Below are positions 23,358-33,661 of a DNA stretch of 64,000 nucleotides, piece after piece. Made by a program: the position numbers and the translations under genes. The number at the start of each line of letters is the position of its first letter. The first letter of the stretch is position 1. The notes beneath the pieces were generated by a model that worked only from the letters and a program-made list of their open reading frames with translations, did no database searches and was not told where the DNA came from. Source of the DNA: Octopus bimaculoides (taxonomy: Eukaryota); contig NC_068982.1 of the NCBI RefSeq assembly GCF_001194135.2, forward strand, positions 56,492,575-56,556,574, given 5' to 3'.

Positions 23358-25627
23358 GTTTCAGATTTTTGACAAAAGGCCAGTAATTTTTTGGTGGGGG
23401 AGCAAGCTGATTAAATAGACCGAAGTGCTTAAACCAGTCAGTGGGATTGAACTCGGAGCCGTGAAGTTGGGAAGCAAACTTCTTACCATGCAGCCACTAC
23501 TACTACTAGTACTACTACATACACACACACTAACGCAATATACACTTATGCTTTAGAAGCGCACCAGCGCGCGTGTGTAATATACAAGCTTATAATATGT
23601 ACGTTGGGAGCAACAGCTGTTGTTTTATAAAAGGAAACGACAGTGGTTTTCGAGTTCAGTTGTACTGATTACAACACCCCTACATCTTCATACACACAGA
23701 GAAGAGAGTGAGACAGAGAGAGACAGAGAGAATTGGGGGGCACAAAGGGTGGCGCTAGGTGGACAGGGGAAGTCGCTTGAAACACGGTCTATATTTCATG
23801 TGCCTCCCACTAAACTTGTCTAAGATATGATGATGATGATGATGATGACGTTTGCAAGGATTGATGGAGATAATATATATGAGAGAGAGAGAGAGAGAGA
23901 GAAATGAAAGAGAATAAAACATCACTACACCTCTATACTTCCTTATAAAGCTGCTTTAAAGCGATAATAGTAAAAGTACTAGAATAAAAGACAAAAAGGG
24001 GGGGGGGGGTAATCAAAGTCGGGAGCGAGTGTGAGTGAGTTACTCTCTTAATATGCTTGGTTAACGAGAGAGAATGCTTTAAACCCAGAGGCCGTTTTAA
24101 CGATCAGAAGACGAGCGAAGAAAACTTCATTCTGTTAGAAATAACAGCTAAATATCTTATATACCATAATCTCTGGAAGGCAAGAAAAAAAAAAGGCACA
24201 GAAATGGCTTTGTGGTAAGAAGCTTGGTTACCAACCACATGGTTCCGGGTTCAGTCCCACTGCGTGGAACCTTGGGCAAGTGNNNNNNNNNNNNNNNNNN
24301 NNNNNNNNNNNNNNNNNNNNNNNNNNNNNNNNNNNNNNNNNNNNNNNNNNNNNNNNNNNNNNNNNNNNNNNNNNNNNNNNNNNNNNNNNNNNNNNNNNNN
24401 NNNNNNNNNNNNNNNNNNNNNNNNNNNNNNNNNNNNNNNNNNNNNNNNNNNNNNNNNNNNNNNNNNNNNNNNNNNNNNNNNNNNNNNNNNNNNNNNNNNN
24501 NNNNNNNNNNNNNNNNNNNNNNNNNNNNNNNNNNNNNNNNNNNNNNNNNNNNNNNNNNNNNNNNNNNNNNNNNNNNNNNNNNNNNNNNNNNNNNNNNNNN
24601 NNNNNNNNNNNNNNNNNNNNNNNNNNNNNNNNNNNNNNNNNNNNNNNNNNNNNNNNNNNNNNNNNNNNNNNNNNNNNNNNNNNNNNNNNNNNNNNNNNNN
24701 NNNNNNNNNNNNNNNNNNNACATCAACACCAACCCAAATGAGCCAGACAGAGCCTCTCCGTGGTTACTCGGCCTACTTAACCCATTACCTCCCATAATTC
24801 TATTAACTGGATTTTTTTTTTTTTTTATGAAACTATGATTTCTAGCATAAAACAACCTTAGAAACACACTGGAATGATCAAAATAACATTTTAAATGGAA
24901 ATAAGCGAGATATTGGGTAAAAAATGAGCAAACCTCATTTGAATATCAGAAATATACCGAGTAGATATAGCAAAAAGGTTAGATATGTGTAAATATTGAC
25001 AGATAATTACGAAATTTGTAATTTTTAAGTGATCTAATATGAGATCACTGGTAGGTAATGGGTTAAAATCATTACGGCCCGCACTATTAAATGAGTTTGC
25101 TTGTGTCTCGTGAATCTCGCTTCTTGAGTAAAAAGAGGTTGCCCATATCAGATGCAAAGACAGCTTTTTTTAGCGACTTCAGTGAAGAAAAGACGCGTAG
25201 AAAGACGAGATGATCATACTCGGACTTCCTTCTGATCATAGGTATGCTCAATGAGGTCAACCCGATGCTTGAAACCTGGTGCTCCTCTTCTCCCTCCTCC
25301 TCCACCACCGCCGCCGCCACCGACCCTGACCCTATTTATTTCTATCAGAAGCAGACGATGTAGCCTGATAAAACAAAAGAGACTTCTTAATAACCGCCAT
25401 CTTTTCTAACCTTCATCCTTCACTTAGTTCGAGTGAGAGACACACTTGTGGAACTCTCTCTCTCTCTTTTTTTCTCCCTTCCTACTTTCCCCTTCTTTCT
25501 TTCAAACTGCACTGTAACACAAAACGTATGTTAGTGGGTAAAACGATCTTTAAGCAAGCCCTGTAACCAATAGCCACCCCCAGCACCTCCACCATACACG
25601 CAACCTTAAAGTAAAACATACACATAC

Positions 25628-25659
<32 letters not shown>

Positions 25660-26734
25660 TACACACTACACCTGTCACTCAAATTCTACCCTATCTCTCT
25701 CTCATTTTCTTTCACACTCACACAACAACAATAACAACAACGTGTGACATGCTTTATGTCAAACAACAAGTCGGCATATTCATGCCATCAGAAAGAACCG
25801 AACATAGACAGATAGAGAAAATGAGTGTATGAGTGTGTGTGTGTGTGTGCATATGTGAGTATGTGTAATTGAACGTCTCTCTGCTCCATGCCTCATATTT
25901 TTTGTCTGTTTAGTCTGTTTAAGCCATCAAAAATAGAAGGGAGGGAAAGAGAGAAAGTTGAAAAGGCCAGAGAGAGAAAGAGAGAGAGATAGAGGGAGGA
26001 AGAGAGGGAGGTTTATGTTTTCCTCATCTTCTCTTCTTCGGTCTTGCTTTCTCACTAATATTTTTTTTTTGTCTTAGTTGTGAAGTCAACTAGTGAGAGG
26101 GCGTACTAAGCACTGTCTGTTGTTGTATATAGAAGTACCACCACCACCACCAACAACAACAAGACCACTACCACACCACCTACCTATGTAACCCCGCCCC
26201 ACCAGTACGAAGGGAAAAAAAATAAGGTTCAGTTAGATAGGGAAGTCAAGAAATCTAAAACATAGCCGCCATGTTACAAAAACAAAAAAATTCTGATGGA
26301 ATAAAAAAATATTAGAACAAAAAATAAATACAAAATTTTTTGCGGGGTGGAAATGAAATGAAATAAAATATAATAACAAAGAAGCAAGGGATTTGTTGCA
26401 AGAGTTTATCTAGAATCCTGCTTGTTCCACTTGGCAAGTTTATTTGATCAGAATCATATAAACGTCTCATTTTGGGTTATCTCCCTTAACTCATTTATTA
26501 TTCCCCACCCCCATTATTCCAATAGTAGAAATTATTATTCCAATAGCGGAAATTTTGCTGCTCCCTGTTATGATTAATCACTATAGTATATATCGCCAGT
26601 AAATCATAAATCCTAAGTTATAAAGCAGTAGCGTAATTAGATAAAGATTAGATATTACCTCGCGAAGAGAGGTAATAAGCTACCGGCCATTAGGGTCTGA
26701 AGAGACGCTGTAAAGACGGGTAACCTCATAGACC

Positions 26735-26962
26735 AGCAGTTGAAAGGGCATCCACCTGTAAAAACCACGCCAAATCTAACCCCGCCACGTAAAAAGCACT
26801 GTGTCCACTCTGCAGAGTGGTTGGTGTTAGGAAGGGCGTCCAGCCGTAAAAAAACCCCTGCCAAAACAGACGTAGTAGTCTGGAGTAGTCTTCTACCTGG
26901 CCCGCTCCTGTAACCCGTCCAACCCATGCATGCATGGAAGACAGACGTTAAACGATGATGAT
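26735..26962 (+). mobile_element. SINE/LINE-tail family F ending in (GAT)n
   Basis: ttaggaagggcgtccagccgtaaaa...cccatgcatgcatggaagacagacgttaaacgatgatgat; inverse partial copy at 27897-27998. Confidence 0.7.
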
Positions 26963-28020
26963 AACACGATTGAGTAGACTATACTTTGCCGATGAGGTCT
27001 ATTGGATCAAAACATGTTAATCAGAGGGTAAGATCAGAAATTCCCTTCATGTAGGTTTGAAGGATTACTTCTCAATTTCTTAAAATTATCTCCCTCTTTC
27101 TAGGACCCGAGACCCCAGGTTTTGTTTTCCTGTTCCATCTAAGAGAGGGATTTCAATGAATTAATTGATAATTTATATTTACATTCGGCATTCACCCCAA
27201 TTATGACCAAACAGGAGTCTTACGAAGTCACTCAAAAGCAGCCCAAAACTGCCTTAAAAATAATTAAAGGAAAAAAAAAAATACGGAAATGTAACCTTTA
27301 ATTTAATACACTAAATCCAAATAACAGAGAAAATGTTCTGTTGAAACACACTGATCAAGACTCTGCCGGGTCGAAATAACAACTTGACCAACATTTGGAT
27401 GGGCCCGTAGATAAAACAGAAAGATCTAAACCGTCTGCATATGTGGTCAATATAATTTGTTGCCAGAATTAAACAACCATTCTGCAACACACATACGCTA
27501 TTATGTACATAGTCATTGTACGGAAAGATGCAAATAATGGAATTTCTACGCCTACTTACGGGAAAACAAACACCTAAATACCTCTCAAATCACACATTAG
27601 CAAGGTACATTGAGTAATATGATCATGAATGCACTGTGTTTGGGCAAAACACTGGATGGTCACGACTTGAATGCCTTTATTAATATTTACACCACTAGAG
27701 CAATCAGTGATGGTTGCTTACGTCCCGATGAAATAAGGACCGGACATTAAAAAGAACAAAAAAAAAACGAACAAAAATGAATACTGGGGTCGATACGAGT
27801 GACTGAATCCTCGCAGGCGTTGTCCCACTACGAACACAATCCAATGACTAATCAATAATGCAGTCAACACTAGAGAATTATTAAAACGCTTTCTCATCTC
27901 ATCATCATTTAACGTCCGTTTTCCATGCTGAAGAGCTGCCCGGGTTCCATGTCTGTTTTGGTATGGTTTCTACAGCTGGATGCCCTTACTAACACCAAAA
28001 TATTATTAATAATAATAATA

Positions 28021-28215
28021 ATAATGGCTTCAAATTCTGGCGCAAGGCCAGCAATTTTAGGTGAAAGGTAAAGTCGATTACGTCGACCCCAGTTTTCAAA
28101 TGGTACTCATTTTATCGACACCGAAAGGATGACAGAAAAAATCGACCTCGGCAACATTTGAATTCAGGGCGTAAAATGTCAGAGACACAATACTGCTGAG
28201 CATTTTGTCCAATGT
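28021..28215 (-). mobile_element. SINE family B, diverged
   Basis: tttatcgacaccgaaaggatga...tcgacctcggc..atttgaa.tcag. Confidence 0.7.
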
Positions 28216-28278
28216 GTCAATAACAATGACACCACCAATAACGCTCGTTAACCTTCTCTTTTAAACATTGCGCAAGGA

Positions 28279-28392
28279 TACAGTTCTATATTTAAGAGAT
28301 GAGGAATTATTTACATTATTTACATTTGACGGATATTTGTCCTCATCTTGTTTGTTGTTAACACAACGTTTCGGCTGATATACCCTCCAGCC
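28279..28392 (-). mobile_element. inverted 5'-truncated arm of the tRNA-hammerhead element
   Basis: 28311-28392 is the exact reverse complement of 28635-28713 plus three further tail bases; 28279-28310 supplies the rest of the tail to ...aaatatagaactgta. Confidence 0.9.
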
Positions 28393-28480
28393 ACATGAAT
28401 AACATATGGGAACCGGTATTGAGGAAGGATAGAAAAATAATAGATTTATAAGCCCTAAAATTCACTCCATAATTGCCTAC

Positions 28481-28713
28481 GGGCATATGGCGTAGTGGTT
28501 AAGAGCGCGGGCTACTAACCCCAAGATCGATTCACGGCAGCGACCTGATTAATAATAGTAGTAATAATATAATAATAGTAACATCGTTAGGAATGAGAAC
28601 CCAGGTTCAAAATTTCCCCAAGACACCTGACGAAGGCTGGAGGGTATATCAGCCGAAACGTTGTGTTAACAACAAACAAGATGAGGACAAATATCCGTCA
28701 AATGTAAATAATG
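28481..28713 (+). mobile_element. tRNA-headed short element carrying a minimal hammerhead motif
   Basis: A-box tggcgtagtgg (28488-28498), anticodon-like loop ctactaa, TAA-rich linker, then the hammerhead-like core at 28622-28667 and a tail. Second locus at 48209-48516. Confidence 0.8.
28622..28667 (+). ncRNA. minimal type I hammerhead ribozyme candidate
   Basis: gacac-CUGACGA-A-GGCUG(gagggtatat)CAGCC-GAAA-CG-UU-gugu(u): helix I ACAC/GUGU, 5-bp helix II, palindromic AACGUU helix III, putative cleavage after GUU (28662). One extra A lies between A9 and helix II. Confidence 0.6.
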
Positions 28714-29600
28714 ATTACTCAAAGATATATATACGCCAAAATTAGTGAACGGTAACAACAGACGTAGAGCTAAGACAGAGTTCAAACATTTCTTTTAGTC
28801 ACAAATATGGCCACCATCAGAAAGAATAGACAGGACATTGGAGAAAATGAAGCATACTCCTACTACATCACACGACATCCCTCAAGATAAACTGCGGCAA
28901 ACGAACAATCCTCAACATGATTGCGTTTTTTGCTAAAATTAGTAGCCAAATTTTCCTCAAATTATACACCACCACTCAACTTCTTAAAATCACATTGGCT
29001 ATTGCAATCTTCGATTCACAGTGCATATTAAAAAAAAAAAGAAAAAAAGTGCTCTGCTAGAATGCTTTTGACCGAAGGTCTGCCCCATCGAGCTTGACTT
29101 GGAGCAAAATAACAACATCAACATGGAAAACATGTTTACGTATGCACGCATATAAACTTAACCCAACTGTTTTACTCATTCAAAAGACATTAAAAAGAAA
29201 AATAAAGATACATGGAGATAGAAAAGACAGGTGAGAAAGAGCAAGTGAAAATGTGAATGAAAAAGAGAAAGGCAAAACAGGGATGTGAAAACTGAGGAGG
29301 GAGAAAGAAGGGAGATAAAACGGGAGACAGATAAGATGATAGCGTATGTGTGTGTGAGCGCGTGTGGATGTGGTATATAACGTAAGGACAAGAGGGGAAG
29401 AAAGAGAAGACAAGCAACAAAGCAGCTTAACTTGATATCATCGTAACAGAAGCGCTCTAAGACATCTAGACGTTTCAACAGCATGCAATGATTCCTGCCT
29501 GCATGCAGCTAAAATATGTATCGCAGCTGTCACACAAACTGCAGTAATTGAAAGTTGACAAATCCTTAATTTCAAAAACGTAAATTGCCACCGTTACTAT

Positions 29601-30265
29601 AGGGGGTTCCTATAAGGTTGTTATCCACCCCTGATTGGAACTCTCCCGTATGACATGTACGCATGCTCAGTGACTTGCTTTAACAGTTGCAATCAGCTGA
29701 ATGCACATTGCCAGTGACCTTTGACATAATTACCCACACTCTGTGGTCAGGATTCTTTTTTTGGTTTGATGTCGGTATTGAAGGGATTACCAGACACCGG
29801 ACAATACAGTGAGAGCAGCTTTCACTCACATCGTGGTATTCGATGCTGTGTACGTGTCTGTCGTGGTAAAATATGCCACTCCTTAACTGTTGCTTTGCTT
29901 TCATCCGTAGCACGAGGTAATTATGTNNNNNNNNNNCTTCTGCTTATTCCTGTCTGAAGTATCGTCCGATACTTCAGACTTATCGTCCGATGAATTTACT
30001 TTGTTGACATTCTTCATCGACAGAATTTTTATCCCTTTCAACCTTTCAGTCAAGTCCGCCTTTCTTCCAGTAACATACTGTCCATATAATCTTAAATATT
30101 TCTTTAACTCAGGCACAGTAAGTACTTCGATAGCTGAATCATCAAGCTGCTTTATATCCATAAGACGTAAAACAATAACAATGGCGTGGGTAGTCTGCGG
30201 AAGTTTAATTATCTACATGGAGCGCCGCCTAGCCAAGGGAGATAACCTACTTATAGGAAAGCCCT
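29601..30265 (-). mobile_element. internally deleted TIR transposon, ISL2EU/IS4EU-like
   Basis: 30-bp TIRs agggggttcctataaggttgttatccaccc vs agggctttcctataagtaggttatctccct (22/30 identical), flanked AT|AGGG...CCCT|AT (also readable as TA|GGG...CCC|TA). Confidence 0.7.
29680..30161 (-). pseudogene. truncated SAP-domain plus SWIM-type zinc-finger ORF (N-terminus of a transposon-associated YqaJ-type protein)
   Basis: LTVPELKKYLRLYGQYVTGRKADLTERL is a SAP motif. After a 10-N gap, HNYLVLRMKAKQQL...HRVWVIMSKVTGNVHSADCNC* is a SWIM-like start that stops after CxC. Confidence 0.75.
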
Positions 30266-31144
30266 ATGTCTGCCATTGTTTGGCTCTACGGACTGAGTTT
30301 TGTACAAGACAATTTTTCCATGGACCGAGAAATCAAGGGCATAACAAAAAACAAAGTGTTTCATGTATAATTTAATTATCACATATATAATACATATATA
30401 TTACATACATAATAAATATATATTATATATATAATGAAAAAACACCCCACAGATTACGATACTCAATAAAATAGTAACAAAATTTCTAAATATATTCTTT
30501 TTGTGAGGCACGGCACCAAATGGTGCACAGCCTACTGGGTGGACCCCTGGTATGAAGTGGTTAATTTCAGCATATAAAATATCATATAGGAAAATATGTT
30601 ACACTCGTGCGCTTCTATTGCTCCCACTACCCAACACTTTCTTGTATTTTAACGGGCGCATGCGCACACACTTTTCCCTGAACTGCTAGTTTGAAAGACA
30701 GAAAAGGGGGGAATAATTGATAAAGAAATAAACTAAATCTCCCAGTACAGTGAAGTGGAATTGAGATAGACAAAGTAAAGTTTCTGCATACATACATTAT
30801 ATACATACATACATGCATGTGTCTTCGGGAAAAGTTTTGAAGTGACTCAATGGCCGAAAGATTAATGAAATACTTTGCAAATTGTAAGTAAACCTTCAAA
30901 ACACACGGGCTTCCGTACAGTTGGCAGAAACGAAGTTTCACTTAGCCACGAGCAGGTCTACCTCCGTCTTCTATGTTGGAAGACACTTGACCTCATGCGC
31001 TGCGCAGTGGATTCAGAAACGGAACTATATAGTTGGAAACAGAACTTAACAAAACAAAAAGACGGGATGGTCACGGTTAGGTTGTCTTTGAGCATTAGCC
31101 TATTCAAGCAAAGCGGATGTGAGCGTCTACAAATAAAATCAACA

Positions 31145-31196
<52 letters not shown>

Positions 31197-32235
31197 ACTT
31201 TATCGACATTTAGAAGCAGCACTTTGTAGAAGACATTTTTTGTGACAGTCAACAGGCCTGGCTTTCGGATACGCGAGAAACCTTGACAAGCTCATTTCTT
31301 CTCCCTCCCAACCTTTATTTTTTTTCTTTTTAGAGGTTATGTGGCGTGTGACAAATTACTTCCTTAGTTTAACATGTATACAAAAATAAATAAATAAATA
31401 AATTACATACAGAAGAAAAAAAAAACAAACAAACAAACAAATAAATAACAGAAGAAAAATTTCATCAACAAAACCCGTACAACTTAGCATGTAAGAGACT
31501 GTTTTGCGCAGAAGCTTGTATTTGACACAGAATGATTGATGAGAGTTTGTTGCTAACCAGAGAGAATTCTGAGGTGTGAATTACAGATTCTGTTCACAAA
31601 TTCTAACACAAAATGGTATTACAGCAAATTTGAAGTACAGCCGTAGATAAAAATAAATTAACACCATCGCCAACATCAACAGTAAAACTTTGGAGATATA
31701 TTATAGTCGTAGTTCGGACTGAGTGTGTTTTTTTCTCCCTCTTCCAACCACCCAAATTTCAGAGCCCGATAAAATATGGAACCGGCTCAGTACTGGAATC
31801 GATTTAAATACGATTTTGTTTGTGACACCTTCCTGAATGTGGTCCTCCCCGGCTTAGAAGCCACTGCTGCGGTGGATTGGCAGAATTAGTAAAACGCCGG
31901 ACAAATTTGCTTTACGATATATTTTAGCCTATGGACATTTATTTTTCGAGTTCAAATCCAAGCCAAAACCGACTTTGTTTTTTTATTTTTTCAGGGATCA
32001 ATCTCTCTGGCACGCACAATTTTCATGCTACTTATCGGCTAAATCAAAATTAAACCTAAAAACACAAACATTATGAGGCCTTAAAGCTTGGAATATTGTG
32101 GGATTTCAGCCAATAAAAATGCTGCGATATTCTGTATGTGTGTGTGTTACATATTTCAGTCATTGAACTGAAGCCATGCTGATTGCACCGTCTCGAAGGA
32201 TTTAAAGAAAAAGGCTTGACATAATTTTTAGGCGC

Positions 32236-32810
32236 AAGCGTGACTGTATAAAAGCTTGCTTCCCAACTACATGGTTCCGGGTGTCTTCTAATATAGCCAC
32301 GGGCTGACCAAAGCCTTGTGAGTGGATTTGGTAGACAGAAACTGAAAGGCGGCGAGTTGGCAGAAACGTTAGCACGCCGGGCGAAAAACTTAGCAGTATT
32401 TCGTCTGCCGCTACGTTCTGAGTTCAAATTCCGCCGAGGTCGACTTTGCCTTTCATCCTTTCGGGGTCGATTAAATAAGTACCAGTAACGCACTGGGGTC
32501 GATGTAATCGACTTAGTCCGTTTGTCTGCCTTTGTTTGTCCCCTCTGTGTGTAGCCTTCTGTGGGCAGTGAAGAAATAAGAAACTGAAAGAATCCTGTCG
32601 TGTGTGTGTGTGTGTGTGTTTGTCTCCCCACCATCGCTTGACAACCGATGCTGGTGTTTATGTCCCCGTAACCTAGCGGTTCGGCAAAAGAGCCCGATAG
32701 AATAAGTACTAGGTTTACAAAGAATAAGTTCGGGGGCTGATTTGTTCGACTAAAGGCGGTGCTCCAGCATGGCCACAGTCAAATAACTGAAACAAATAAC
32801 AAGAGTGAAA
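32236..32810 (+). mobile_element. SINE A interrupted by a SINE B (32349-32578)
   Basis: 12-bp direct repeat agaaactgaaag at 32337-32348 and 32579-32590 flanks the SINE B; SINE A head lies before it and tail after it. Confidence 0.9.
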
Positions 32811-32849
32811 GAGTATATTGTCGTTAGAATATCAAATAGTACCTTACTA

Positions 32850-33661
32850 TATTCCTTTCAAGTCCTTATCGCCCCGAGTTCAAATCCTGCCGAGGTCAAT
32901 TTTGTCTTTATCAGTTCGGGATCGATCTAGTCGACTTAACCAGCCTCAAAATTTGCTCGCTTTGTGCCAAAAGAAGGATTGTTATTATTATTAAAGGAAA
33001 CGAGGTCGCAGAATAGTTAGCACGTCGGGCAAAATGCTAAGCGCCATTTCTTCCGTCTTTGCGCTCTGAGTTCAAATTCCAACGGGGTCCACTTTTTCTT
33101 TCAGGCTCGATAGAATAAGTACCAATTGAACACTGGATCGATGTAACCGACTCATCTCACCACCCCACCGAAATTGCTAGCTTTGTGTCAAAATTTGAAA
33201 TCATTATTATTATTATTATTTAAGGCGGCGAGCCGGCAGAATCGTGAGCACGCCGGGAGAAATACTACTGAGTTCAAATTCCGCCGAGGTCGACTTTACC
33301 TTTCATCCTTTCGGGGTCGATTAAATAAGTAGCAGTTACGCACTGGGATCGATGTAATCAACTTAATTATTTCCAAAATTTCAGGCATTGTGTTTACAGT
33401 AAAGATTATTATTATTATTATTATTATTATTATTTTGGAGGCAGCGAGCTGGCAGAATCGTTAGCACATCGGGCGAAATGCTTAGCGGTATTTCGTCTGC
33501 CGCAACGTTTTGAGTTCAAATTCCGCCGAGGTTGACTTTGCCTGTCATCCTTTCGGAGTCGATAAAATAAGTACCAGTGGAGTACAAGGGTCGATGTGAT
33601 TGTCTCCCTCCCCACAAAACCCAGGTTTTGTGCCTATAGTAGAAAAAGATTATTATTATTA
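32850..33661 (+). mobile_element. head-to-tail run of about four SINE B copies separated by (TTA)n
   Basis: Heads at 32993, 33222 and 33437, each directly after (TTA)n; a 5'-truncated copy at about 32850. Confidence 0.8.

Noticed and set aside
23738-23762. agggtggcgctag as a CTCF site
   Set aside because: Only the 3' half matches; the conserved A9 and upstream C positions are absent.
25087-25320. 77-aa minus-strand ORF as an RGM upstream exon
   Set aside because: No signal peptide, Cys pattern, GDPH or suitable donor site.
32850-33661. Repeat-spacer pattern suggesting a CRISPR array
   Set aside because: The units are diverged SINEs of about 200 bp in a eukaryotic context, with no cas genes.
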